A stretch of 64,000 nt of DNA, taken from Patescibacteria group bacterium (GTDB lineage Bacteria; Patescibacteriota; Microgenomatia; Levybacterales; UBA12049). Location: NCBI GenBank assembly GCA_038063415.1, contig JBBTVD010000006.1, positions 9,948 to 73,947 on the forward strand. The letters run 5' to 3'. A program made the translations under genes and the position numbers. This document shows, piece by piece, positions 28,051 to 37,543 of the stretch (positions are counted from its first letter, which is position 1; the number at the start of each line of letters is the position of its first letter). The notes under the pieces are model-generated. The model was given only the letters and a program-made list of their open reading frames with translations. It ran no database searches and was not told where the DNA came from.

Positions 28051-31000
28051 CACAAATATTTGAATCAGATGTAGAAAAATTAACGGTCGACCTATTGATT
28101 AATCAAGGGTTTACTTATCTGTCTCCTGAAGAACAGGAATTAGAGCGGCAGAATCTAAAAGACGTTTTATTAGTAAATCGATTGAAGGTTTCCATAGATC
28201 GTTTAAATCCATCAATTACTGCTGACGCAAAAGCCCAAGCTCTAAAACAAGTTTTAAACCTTCCAACACAAAACCTACTTGAGAACAATGAGGCATTCCA
28301 CCGAATGCTTACAGAAGGCATCGAAGTTGAATATATGAGTAATGAAGGTGTCAGAGGTGAAAAAGTTTGGCTTGTTGATTTTAATGATATTGCCAACAAC
28401 GAACTTATCGTCACCAATCAATTTACTGTTATAGAAAATAACATTAACAAAAGACCAGATGTCATTATCTTTATTAATGGTTTGCCTCTCGTTGTTATCG
28501 AACTTAAAAACCCTACTGACGAAAATGCTACGGTTCAAAAAGCATTTACTCAACTACAAAATTATAAAAATGCAATTCCTTCACTTTTTTACTACAACAG
28601 TATTTTAATTGCGTCCGATGGTCTAGATGCTAAAGTCGGAACTATTTCTTCTGATTATTCTCGTTTTCTTGCTTGGAAATCTAAAGATGGATATAGGGAT
28701 GACAAGACAGTTGTTCCTCAAATAGAAACGCTGATCGATGGAATGTTAGTAAAAAATGTTCTTATTGATTTGATCAAACAATTCATTGTCTTTGAAAAAT
28801 CCAGTCATATCGATAGTAATACCGGGCTAACGACTATTAGTACAATCAAGAAAATAGCTGCTTATCACCAGTACTATGCAGTTAATAAAGCTGTTGAATC
28901 TACAATAAGAGCGTCAGATGACGATAGCTTAGAATCTACTGCTTTATTAGTAAGAGAAAAACCAGAAGAGTATGGTTTATCTTCAACTGTTAAACAGCCT
29001 AAGGGTGATCATAAAGCTGGTGTCGTGTGGCACACGCAAGGTAGTGGAAAATCTCTTTCAATGGTTTTTTATGCTGGAAAAATTGTATTGGCACTTAATA
29101 ATCCCACCGTGGTTGTCATAACAGATCGCAATGACCTAGACGAGCAATTATTTGATACATTTGCCAACTGTAAGCAACTCCTTAGACAAGATCCTGTTAA
29201 GGCTGAAAATCGCGATCACCTTAAAAAATTACTGAAAGTAGCTGGTGGTGGAATTGTATTTACAACAATTCAAAAGTTCTTTCCTGAGGATGGATCATCA
29301 ACTTACGATGAACTTTCAGACCGCAGTAATATTATTGTTATTGCTGATGAAGCCCATCGAAGTCAGTACGGATTCGGAGCCAAAACTACTTATACAGTTG
29401 ATGGCGTAAAAACGGGTTACGGGTTTGCAAAATATCTAAGAGATGCATTGCCATCAGCCTCATTTATTGGCTTTACGGGTACTCCTGTAGAAAAAGAGGA
29501 TGCAAATACCCCAGCAGTCTTCGGAAATTATATAGACGTTTATGATATTGCTAAGGCCGTAGAAGACGGTGCAACAGTTCGTATTTATTACGAATCAAGA
29601 CTTGCTCAGATTCATCTTAAACCAGATGAAAAGGCACAACTAGATGCAGAAGTAGAAGCTATCACAGAAGGTGAAGAAAGTACTGCTAAAGAAAAGGCAA
29701 AAGCAAAATGGGCTCAGCTGGAAGCTGTAGTTGGACACAGAGACAGGCTTGGAGTAATTGCTTCTGACATTGTTGACCACTTCGAGAAGCGACAGGAAGT
29801 CTTTGAAGGCAAGGCAATGATTGTTGCTATGAGTCGGCGAATTGCTGTTGAGCTCTTTGAAGAAATTGTTAAATTACGACCAGACTGGTTTGACAAAGAT
29901 CTTAGAAAAGGTGCCGTTAAAGTTGTAATGACATCCACCTCTTCCGATCCAGAGAGTTGGCAAATTCACAACACCACTAAACAAAACCGTAAGGATCTTG
30001 GAGAACGATTTAAAAATCCTATCGATCCATTAAAACTCGTTATAGTGCGTGATATGTGGCTCACTGGTTTTGACGCGCCATGTCTTAACACGATGTACGT
30101 TGATAAGCCAATGCAGGGACATAACCTTATGCAAGCGATTGCTCGTGTAAACAGAGTATTTAAAGATAAACCAGGTGGATTAATTGTTGATTACATTGGT
30201 ATTGCTTCTGATCTAAAGAATGCTTTAGCGACATATACCGCAAGCGGTGGTGAAGGCACGCCAACTTTAGATCAAGAAGAGGCTGTTGCGGCGATGCTTG
30301 AAAAATTTGAAATCGTTGAACAAATGTTTGATCAATACGACTTTGAACCTTACTTTACCGCTGATACTCATAAAAAATTGACCATTATCCTCGAGAGCCA
30401 AGAATATATTCTTGGACTTGAAGATGGCAAGAACCGTTTTACCAAGCAGGTAGATCTCCTATCTAAGGCTTTTGCGCTATCAGTTCCCCATCCAAAAGCA
30501 ATGGAGATAAAAGATGAAGTTGGATTTTTTCAAGCAATTAAAGCCAGACTTGTAAAGTTTGAGCCAACTTGTAGTGGAAAGTCAGATGCTGAAATTGAAA
30601 CTGCAATAAGACAGATTGTTGATAAGGCCGTGGTCTCTGATGGAATTGTTGATATATTCGATGCGGCCGGTATCAAGAAACCAGATATTTCAATTCTTTC
30701 TGATGACTTCTTAGCTGAAATTCAGGGCATGGAACGAAAAAACTTGGCAATGGAGCTTTTGAAAAAGATTCTCAATGACGAAATCAGATCACGAGTTAGA
30801 AAGAATTTCATTCAGAGCAAAAAGATGTCTGAAATGCTTGAGAATGCTATTAGAAAATATCAAAACAATTTATTAACTACAGCACAGGTTATAGAGGAGC
30901 TGATTAAACTTGCTAAAGATATTCGAGAGGGAGACAAGCGAGGTGCATCATATGGTCTAACGGATGATGAACTAGCTTTTTATGACGCTTTGGCAATTAA

Positions 31001-31238
31001 CCAAAGTGCAATGGAGGTTCTTGGTGATGCTCAACTTAGGGATTTATCAAGAGTACTTGTGCAGAGAGTTAAATCAAACACTTCAATTGATTGGACTATC
31101 AAAGAAAGTGTACAAGCCAAGTTAAGAGTGATTGTTCGTCGCACTTTACGACAATTTGGTTATCCACCAGATGCCCAATTACTTGCGACCGAAAATGTGT
31201 TGAAACAGGCTGAGCTGTTGGCCGATGATTGGAAATAA
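28047..31238 (+). CDS. hsdR: Type I RM restriction subunit
   Basis: [18 protein letters not shown]; HTQGSGKS; DEAHRSQY; TGFDAP; start at 28047 from the ATGA overlap. Confidence 0.97.
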   Translation: MTQIFESDVEKLTVDLLINQGFTYLSPEEQELERQNLKDVLLVNRLKVSIDRLNPSITADAKAQALKQVLNLPTQNLLENNEAFHRMLTEGIEVEYMSNEGVRGEKVWLVDFNDIANNELIVTNQFTVIENNINKRPDVIIFINGLPLVVIELKNPTDENATVQKAFTQLQNYKNAIPSLFYYNSILIASDGLDAKVGTISSDYSRFLAWKSKDGYRDDKTVVPQIETLIDGMLVKNVLIDLIKQFIVFEKSSHIDSNTGLTTISTIKKIAAYHQYYAVNKAVESTIRASDDDSLESTALLVREKPEEYGLSSTVKQPKGDHKAGVVWHTQGSGKSLSMVFYAGKIVLALNNPTVVVITDRNDLDEQLFDTFANCKQLLRQDPVKAENRDHLKKLLKVAGGGIVFTTIQKFFPEDGSSTYDELSDRSNIIVIADEAHRSQYGFGAKTTYTVDGVKTGYGFAKYLRDALPSASFIGFTGTPVEKEDANTPAVFGNYIDVYDIAKAVEDGATVRIYYESRLAQIHLKPDEKAQLDAEVEAITEGEESTAKEKAKAKWAQLEAVVGHRDRLGVIASDIVDHFEKRQEVFEGKAMIVAMSRRIAVELFEEIVKLRPDWFDKDLRKGAVKVVMTSTSSDPESWQIHNTTKQNRKDLGERFKNPIDPLKLVIVRDMWLTGFDAPCLNTMYVDKPMQGHNLMQAIARVNRVFKDKPGGLIVDYIGIASDLKNALATYTASGGEGTPTLDQEEAVAAMLEKFEIVEQMFDQYDFEPYFTADTHKKLTIILESQEYILGLEDGKNRFTKQVDLLSKAFALSVPHPKAMEIKDEVGFFQAIKARLVKFEPTCSGKSDAEIETAIRQIVDKAVVSDGIVDIFDAAGIKKPDISILSDDFLAEIQGMERKNLAMELLKKILNDEIRSRVRKNFIQSKKMSEMLENAIRKYQNNLLTTAQVIEELIKLAKDIREGDKRGASYGLTDDELAFYDALAINQSAMEVLGDAQLRDLSRVLVQRVKSNTSIDWTIKESVQAKLRVIVRRTLRQFGYPPDAQLLATENVLKQAELLADDWK

Positions 31239-31247
31239 CAAAAATTT

Positions 31248-34010
31248 ATGAATGATGAAAAAATACTCATTAAACAATTCTTTCAAAATTTCCTTGTAAA
31301 AGAAAAGGGTAAAGACAATATTAGTAATGAATATGTTGCCTTCTTAAAAATTCTGTGGAACGGTCTCGATGATTTAATATCTAAAAATAAAATTGCTCGA
31401 AAGATTTACATATTAGAACATATTGAAAAATATCTTATTGAAGATACTTTTCGAACTCAAATAGATTTAAGCGAACTGCCAATTGCCAGTGAACTTGCTG
31501 CATCTCAAGATACAAACACACCTGAGATCACACTTAAAGATATTGATCTAGTCAACTTCCGAGGTTTTAGAGCTAATACTAATGGGAGCGGAAGAAAAAT
31601 TAGATTTCACGAAAAAGTGACTTTAATTTTTGCTCCAAATGGTGGAGGAAAAACTAGTCTATGTGAAAGTATTGAATGGGCACTTACCGGCGACACTTAC
31701 GAACATACAAAAAGAAAAACAGATTCAACACTTAATTATTTTCAAAATCGAAGTAATGCAGATCCGACATATCAAAACACTAAGCTTTCGTTTTTAAACA
31801 ATCAACCTACTGTTCCCAATTTAATTTTTGATCGATGTCTTCTAGAAAAAAATCGAATAGACAAATTTGCGAAACTTGCAATGCAGCCTAATAAAGATCT
31901 GCAAGAAATTCTTGGGGAGTTGTTTGGATTTTCTGATGTTGTAGATTTTTTTAAAGAGTTTGGCCAAGATCTTTCACCCACAGATAACGAAAAAGGTCGC
32001 CCAGGAAGAGAAAACTGGCAGACATGGTTAGAGTGGAGCAATAAAAAAAGTGAACTAGAAAAAATATTAGACGAATCAAAAAAAGAAGAGAAAAAAGCTA
32101 GTGAGGATTTGGAGAAACTCACAGGAGAAAAGAGTTTTGATGACAAAAAAGTTGAGATTGAAGAAAAAGGGAAAGAACTCCGCATCAAGCTTGAGAGCCT
32201 TGAGAAAAATTCTAGCAAGCAATTTTCTACAAAATCTTTTCAAGACAAGATAACTTTACATAAAGATAAAATCGAGCAGTGGAAAAAACTTGATAAGGAT
32301 ATATCTGATAATGCTAAGGATCTTGATTTTGAAAGCCTTTTCCAAGCAGCTAATAATATTTTCAAAAATAATTACAGTGATAATAAATGTCCGCTTTGCG
32401 ATACTCCTATTGAACAGAAACCAGAGAATCCCAATCATGTTTGTGTAGTTACTAGTCCTCAACTAAAGACAGAACAAGAATTGAAGAAACTTAAAAAGCT
32501 AACCGATTGGAAAGTTGAAAGGAATAAACTTGAAATAGATTTAAAAGGTACTTGCTTTAGAGAAATAAGGGACGATTGGCAAAAGATACAACATAATTTA
32601 ATAGATGAAAATTGGAAAGACATCGCGGGCGAAACTGAAAAACCATTAATTCCAGATGTCAATCTTATTGAGATTGAATCTAAGCTTGATGGGAATACAA
32701 ACTCATTTATTGACGCATATGAACTTATATTAGGTAAGGATTTCACTGCATTGGCTGAGTTAGAGGGAAAAGTAACATCTTACAAAAATTTGAAGGATGA
32801 GTTATTGAAAGATAAGCCACAGAAAGAAATTGAGATTCAAAATCTACGTGATGAATTTGCCAAACTACAGGAACAAAAAAATATACTTTCTGCAAAACAG
32901 CAAATCACAAAAAGTAGCGATGAAAGATTGAAAAAGATCCTAAATCAATCCAGCAATTCAGATTTATTTAAAAAGATGTTGGACGTTTATCCAGATTTTT
33001 ATAATGATCTGCAAAATTTTCAATCTGGTTCGATCTTATCTGAAGGTGCTGATATTGATGACTATGTAACGGGCTTTTACCGAGCTTTGAACTTACATGA
33101 TAACGTTGGCGAGATAATAAAAGAAATTAAATTCCCCAAAGGACTTCAAGAAGATTTTTGTTTAATATTTGAAAGCAATAATACCTGTAATGCCCTAGAT
33201 ATCCTCAGCGAAGGGCACTTAAAGACTCTTGGTCTTGCTGCTCTACTTGCCAGAGCAGCTAAGTACAATACGTCCCTGCTTGTCTTTGATGATGCTATCA
33301 ACGCTATCGATTCTGACCATAGAGATAACATTGCTTGTTTATTATCAGGAAGTTTCTCTGACGAAGAAGGAGTTAGTTCATTTGGAGAAAAGTGGGATCA
33401 AATAAAACAATATATAAAAGTATGCCAATTTGTAATAACGTCCCATGACCGCTTCTTTGATGAAAAAATCGCCAATCTATTTTCTAAGGACGAACAATTA
33501 AGATATGTTTTATATTGTGGAGCTGAAGGAGTTGATTTTTGTGAAAAAGGTAATCCAGCCAACTTTGAAGCTAAAGTCGAAGGCTTTTTAAACCCAGATA
33601 CTCAGGATGTTCGCTCAGCAATATTTTATTGTCGTATCTGGTTAGAAGAAATACTTATGGACATCGCAGCAAATTTTAAAAAGCCAAGTAATGGTAAACA
33701 AATCGATTTTTCCAATACTATTGATAAAAAGTCTCGCAAATTAAAAAATCCTGAATTGGCAACTGTAATTCGTAGCTTGGTTTCAAATTTGAAAGTAAAT
33801 GAGGCTTCAGATGATGAAAAAATAACAGCTGGCATTTTAGACCAGATTTATCAAGAAAAGGAAGGAAAGTATATTTGGTTTTTCGAGATCTTGAATCAAG
33901 AAAGTCATTATCGTCGACTTGATCACGTAGATATCTCTAATGCTCCAACAAGTAATGAAGTTCAAGCAATCTTTAATAAGATTCAAGAGATACAAACTCT
34001 CAATACTTAA
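31248..34010 (+). CDS. Rad50/SMC-like ABC ATPase with zinc hook and C-terminal HEPN-like domain (RloC-like)
   Basis: APNGGGKTS; coiled coil with CPLC; LSEGH; LVFDD; ITSHD; C-terminal CRIWLEE...LNQESH. Confidence 0.7.
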   Translation: MNDEKILIKQFFQNFLVKEKGKDNISNEYVAFLKILWNGLDDLISKNKIARKIYILEHIEKYLIEDTFRTQIDLSELPIASELAASQDTNTPEITLKDIDLVNFRGFRANTNGSGRKIRFHEKVTLIFAPNGGGKTSLCESIEWALTGDTYEHTKRKTDSTLNYFQNRSNADPTYQNTKLSFLNNQPTVPNLIFDRCLLEKNRIDKFAKLAMQPNKDLQEILGELFGFSDVVDFFKEFGQDLSPTDNEKGRPGRENWQTWLEWSNKKSELEKILDESKKEEKKASEDLEKLTGEKSFDDKKVEIEEKGKELRIKLESLEKNSSKQFSTKSFQDKITLHKDKIEQWKKLDKDISDNAKDLDFESLFQAANNIFKNNYSDNKCPLCDTPIEQKPENPNHVCVVTSPQLKTEQELKKLKKLTDWKVERNKLEIDLKGTCFREIRDDWQKIQHNLIDENWKDIAGETEKPLIPDVNLIEIESKLDGNTNSFIDAYELILGKDFTALAELEGKVTSYKNLKDELLKDKPQKEIEIQNLRDEFAKLQEQKNILSAKQQITKSSDERLKKILNQSSNSDLFKKMLDVYPDFYNDLQNFQSGSILSEGADIDDYVTGFYRALNLHDNVGEIIKEIKFPKGLQEDFCLIFESNNTCNALDILSEGHLKTLGLAALLARAAKYNTSLLVFDDAINAIDSDHRDNIACLLSGSFSDEEGVSSFGEKWDQIKQYIKVCQFVITSHDRFFDEKIANLFSKDEQLRYVLYCGAEGVDFCEKGNPANFEAKVEGFLNPDTQDVRSAIFYCRIWLEEILMDIAANFKKPSNGKQIDFSNTIDKKSRKLKNPELATVIRSLVSNLKVNEASDDEKITAGILDQIYQEKEGKYIWFFEILNQESHYRRLDHVDISNAPTSNEVQAIFNKIQEIQTLNT

Positions 34011-34012
34011 TC

Positions 34013-34768
34013 ATGTCCAAATACTACAATCCAAATCGCACAAGAAATCTATATAACGCAAACTCTTCAGAATTATTTCGTTTAAGTCGTTCTAAGATTG
34101 ATCTTTTCTTAAATTGTCCTCGTTGTTTTTACCTTGATCGTCGATTAGGAGTGGGTCAACCACCTGGATATCCATTTTCTCTCAATTCTGCTGTAGATAA
34201 GCTTCTAAAGAAAGAATTTGATACATACAGAGCCAATAAGACGTCACATCCATTAATGAAAACGTACGGTATCGATGCCGTTCCACTTGCTCATGAAAAA
34301 ATCGATGAATGGAGAGATTCATTGCGGGCAGGTATAACTTTCAAAATTAATGATGAAAATGTTGTCATAACTGGTGGCGTAGACGACGTGTGGGTAACTC
34401 CAGAAGGTGAATTCATCATTGTGGACTACAAAGCGACTTCTAAAGACGCTGAGGTAACGCTCGATGCAGACTGGCAAATCGGTTACAAACGGCAGATGGA
34501 GATATATCAGTGGTTATTCCGTCAAAACGGCTTTAAGGTTTCTCCTGTAGGTTACTTTGTGTATTGTAATGGCGATACCGACCCAGCGGCATTCGACGGG
34601 AAACTGGAGTTTGATATAAAAGTAATTCCTTATGAAGGCAATACCGATTGGGTTGAACGAACGATTTTAGATGCAATCAAATGCCTCAAGGCAGATGAAA
34701 TGCCTGATCCAGGCGAAGATTGCGATTTTTGCAAGTACCGTCAGGCCGTACGACAATTTGAGAAATAA
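34013..34768 (+). CDS. Cas4/AddB-like PD-(D/E)xK nuclease
   Basis: LSRSKIDLFLNCPRCFY; GGVDD...IVDYKAT; QMEIY; CDFC. Confidence 0.88.
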   Translation: MSKYYNPNRTRNLYNANSSELFRLSRSKIDLFLNCPRCFYLDRRLGVGQPPGYPFSLNSAVDKLLKKEFDTYRANKTSHPLMKTYGIDAVPLAHEKIDEWRDSLRAGITFKINDENVVITGGVDDVWVTPEGEFIIVDYKATSKDAEVTLDADWQIGYKRQMEIYQWLFRQNGFKVSPVGYFVYCNGDTDPAAFDGKLEFDIKVIPYEGNTDWVERTILDAIKCLKADEMPDPGEDCDFCKYRQAVRQFEK

Positions 34769-34781
34769 CTCATTCTAAACC

Positions 34782-34810
34782 TGGACTTCCTCGCTTTTTC
34801 CCGATACCTT
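34782..34810 (+). promoter_or_regulatory. Promoter TGGACT-N17-TACCTT
   Basis: Exact 17-nt spacer; ATG 8 nt downstream at 34819. Confidence 0.65.
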
Positions 34811-34818
34811 GTGCTGGG

Positions 34819-34981
34819 ATGGATAGCAAAAATCAAAAAGACAAGGTACTCGTACTTCTCCGAAGGTCAGAAAAATACTTCTACAAGTATCTCCTCACGC
34901 ATGATTCTGTGTATTATTGATCGATTTTTCTCCGTAACTAAGAAATTAAGGAGATTAATAGAGAAATTTGAGCATAAATGA
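34819..34981 (+). pseudogene. Frameshifted homolog of the small ORF at 7608
   Basis: MDSKNQKDKVLVLLRRSEKYFYKYLLTHDSVY, one extra T near 34915, then IDRFFSVTKKLRRLIEKFEHK* in the +1 frame. Confidence 0.7.
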
Positions 34982-35076
34982 GATGTTGAGTGTCACTTAG
35001 CATTTACGCATGAAAACTGATATAATCTTGCTAAGCTAGACTAAGCATTTAGCCTGAAAAAGGAGGTGATATACAT

Positions 35077-35625
35077 ATGAAGAAATTACTTAAATGGGTA
35101 GGAATAGGATTTATCATCCTTATAGTAATCGGAGTTATTGGCAGTATGGGAAGTGACAGTAAAAAAGTAGGATCAACTACTGATACTACTCAAACTTCAA
35201 ATACAAAAGAGCAACCAACTCAGGAAACGTACAAAGTTGGTGATAAAGTCCAAATGTCAGATATTATCCTTACTGTAAATAAAGTAGAAACAGCCCAAGG
35301 AGGTCAGTACACAAAGCCATCTGAAGGTAATCAGTGGATTGATGTAAACATGACTCTTGAGAATACAGGATCAAGTCAGCAGTACATTACAACAATGGGT
35401 CAGATGTTCGTCATAGATGGCGAAAATAATCAGTACCAAGTTGCAGTAACTGGAAAAAGACTAGAAAATGCTGGTTCTTTAGGAATGGATGGTGCATTAA
35501 TTGCAAAAGCCAAGAAAACTGACTGGGTAGGATTTGAAGTACCAAAGACTGCAAAAGGTCTCAAGCTTCAGTACAACGCAAGTTTTTATAGTAATAAGAA
35601 AATATTGGTCGATCTTGGAATGTAA
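35077..35625 (+). CDS. DUF4352-like membrane-anchored Ig-like surface protein
   Basis: AGGAGGTGA SD; MKKLLKWVGIG TM start resembling the 6735 gene; YKVGDKV...VDVNMTLENTG...GFEVPK-type pattern. Confidence 0.75.
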   Translation: MKKLLKWVGIGFIILIVIGVIGSMGSDSKKVGSTTDTTQTSNTKEQPTQETYKVGDKVQMSDIILTVNKVETAQGGQYTKPSEGNQWIDVNMTLENTGSSQQYITTMGQMFVIDGENNQYQVAVTGKRLENAGSLGMDGALIAKAKKTDWVGFEVPKTAKGLKLQYNASFYSNKKILVDLGM

Positions 35626-35644
35626 TTATTACTATCTAAAGACG

Positions 35645-35675
35645 AAAAGTGCCTGAATAACATCGGGCATTTTTT
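35645..35675 (+). terminator. Probable intrinsic terminator
   Basis: AAAAGTGCCTGA-loop-TCGGGCATTTTTT. Confidence 0.6.
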
Positions 35676-35700
35676 GTGATGTTTTATAGTATTTTGAAGC

Positions 35701-35729
35701 TGGACTTCTCGAGAGGTTCCCGGTACCTT
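35701..35729 (+). promoter_or_regulatory. Promoter TGGACT-N17-TACCTT upstream of recombinase 2
   Basis: Third copy of the motif; ATG at 35740. Confidence 0.65.
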
Positions 35730-35739
35730 GACCACTGAA

Positions 35740-37062
35740 ATGGCTAAGATACCCGCCCCCGCAAACCAAATAATGCCTCCAATATTAAGCGTGGAATATT
35801 GCTTATACGCAAGAAAATCAAGCGAGGATGATGAACGCCAAGCCATGTCGATTGACTCTCAGATTAAAGAAATGACCGATCTTGCATCTAGAGAAGGCTT
35901 CTTCATCAAAGAAATTCGGCGAGAAAGCCATTCAGCCAAAGAATCAGGACAACGACCAGTTTTTAAGAAACTTCTGGAAGATATTCGAGATGGAATGTTT
36001 ACTGGCATTCTTTCATGGGCTCCTGATCGACTCAGTCGAAATGCTGGGGATTTGGGAATGGTTGTCGATCTTATGGACCAAGGCAAACTACAGCAAATTA
36101 AGACCTTCTCGCAAAGCTTCTCGAACAATCCTAATGAAAAGTTTTTACTCATGATCCTCTGCTCTCAGGCGAAACTGGAGAATGATCAAAAAGGAATCAA
36201 TGTAAAAAGAGGTATTCGAGCCAAATGTGAAATGGGCTGGCGACCAGGGATGCCTCCCATCGGCTATTACAATAGAGCTTTTGCAGGTGTTAAAGATATT
36301 GTGATAGATCCGGACAGAGGGCACATTGTTGCTGAGATGTTTGAACGAGTAGCAAGAGATGGAGATAGTGGTAGGACACTGAAGAAATGGCTCGATACTT
36401 GCCTCACCACAAGAACAGGTAAACAAGTTACATTAAGCCAGATTTATCTCATGCTGAAAAATCCATTCTATTATGGAGAATTTGAATACCCAATTGGTGG
36501 TGGCAATTGGTACAAAGGTGCATACAAACCACTAATTACTCGAGATATATTTGATCAAGTACAAAAACAATTAATTGTTCCTAAGAAATCAAAATGGGGA
36601 GGCAAAACATTTACTTTCAAAGAATTGTTTAAATGTGCAAGCTGTAGGTCATTGGTTATTGGTGAGGATAGATATAGAAAACGAAAGTATAACGAGCCAC
36701 GCTATCATATTTACTATCATTGTACGAGGCAAAAGAAATATGGCTGTCCTGAACCATATATCACTGAAGAAAAACTAATAAAACAGATTCTTCGTTACAT
36801 CAATTTCATGTATATGGCACATCCTCAGCTTTTCGAGTTAAATAACTTTTTGAAATATAGTATGGGCGAGTACAAGAAAATGAGAGATGAAATTCTGTGG
36901 GCACAAGATATTAATCCAGATAACAAACCAATCAACCTTATGGATTATGCCAACTACGCATTTCGCAACGGGACAATGCAGGAAAAGAGAGAAATAACCA
37001 ATGTATTAAAGAGACAACTGTATATTCATAACGAAACAGTTACTTCATTACCTCTTATCTAA
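35740..37062 (+). CDS. Large serine recombinase, copy 2
   Basis: Shares VEYCLYARKSSEDDERQAMSIDSQIKEM and other long blocks with copy 1; Zn ribbon CASC...YYHC. Confidence 0.95.
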   Translation: MAKIPAPANQIMPPILSVEYCLYARKSSEDDERQAMSIDSQIKEMTDLASREGFFIKEIRRESHSAKESGQRPVFKKLLEDIRDGMFTGILSWAPDRLSRNAGDLGMVVDLMDQGKLQQIKTFSQSFSNNPNEKFLLMILCSQAKLENDQKGINVKRGIRAKCEMGWRPGMPPIGYYNRAFAGVKDIVIDPDRGHIVAEMFERVARDGDSGRTLKKWLDTCLTTRTGKQVTLSQIYLMLKNPFYYGEFEYPIGGGNWYKGAYKPLITRDIFDQVQKQLIVPKKSKWGGKTFTFKELFKCASCRSLVIGEDRYRKRKYNEPRYHIYYHCTRQKKYGCPEPYITEEKLIKQILRYINFMYMAHPQLFELNNFLKYSMGEYKKMRDEILWAQDINPDNKPINLMDYANYAFRNGTMQEKREITNVLKRQLYIHNETVTSLPLI

Positions 37063-37079
37063 TCAAGAGTAAATCTTCC

Positions 37080-37150
37080 GTTCAAATCCGATTACTCTGG
37101 TTACCTCGGACATCATCGAACCGTAGCTACAATATCCGAGCTTTGAGGGT
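37080..37150. repeat. Diverged direct repeat, copy B (candidate element end/att region)
   Basis: GTTCAAATCCG...ACCTC...CGAACcgTAGCTacaaTATCCgagCTTTGAGGGT. Confidence 0.65.
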
Positions 37151-37243
37151 ATTTTTGCGGTACGAATGTTTTGAACAAAAATGAGGCGTTTAGCAAGCCA
37201 GTTCGGGCTTTTTAGAGAGTACGGTCACTCTCGGTTCTTATAT

Positions 37244-37317
37244 TGGCTGCCGGACCTGGATTCGAACCAAGATGAAAGGATTCAGAGTCCTCTATCCTAC
37301 CATTAGATGATCCGGCA
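37244..37317 (-). tRNA. tRNA-Gln(CTG) with encoded CCA
   Basis: TGCCGGA/TCCGGCA acceptor stem; GAGGA-CTCTGAA-TCCTT anticodon arm; GGTTCGAATCC T arm; GCCA end. Confidence 0.97.
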
Positions 37318-37543
37318 GTGAAGCTATTTTACTAAAATTCCACTCAAAAAGCCAATTGCTCTTTAATGGTCTAATTACTCTAGATCAAACTTGTTATTCT
37401 AGACTTTGAGCCGACTGAGATTTTGAGGCTGTTCCTGTTGATTATTTTGCACCAGCTTTCGAAGATATACTGACCTATCTCGAACATATAGAAAAATAGC
37501 TTGCAAAATGGTCGAGATACTGTACAATAAGATCCACTAACCT

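Larger units (their letters stand above)
1..37243. mobile_element. Defence-rich genomic island, probably two tandem serine-recombinase elements, adjoining the tRNA-Gln 3' end
   Basis: Duplicated recombinase/XRE/excisionase/small-ORF modules, defence cargo, abrupt switch to housekeeping genes after the tRNA; left boundary is outside the window. Confidence 0.8.

Noticed and set aside
34013-34768. CRISPR-Cas locus suggested by the Cas4-like gene
   Set aside because: No cas1/cas2 and no regularly spaced repeat-spacer array seen in the window
20196-37243. Complete prophage
   Set aside because: Terminase and recombinase are present, but no recognisable portal, capsid, tail, lysis or replication genes
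37244-37270. tRNA 3'-end duplication as attL/attR
   Set aside because: No second copy found by eye in the window; it could lie beyond base 1, and serine recombinases do not need one
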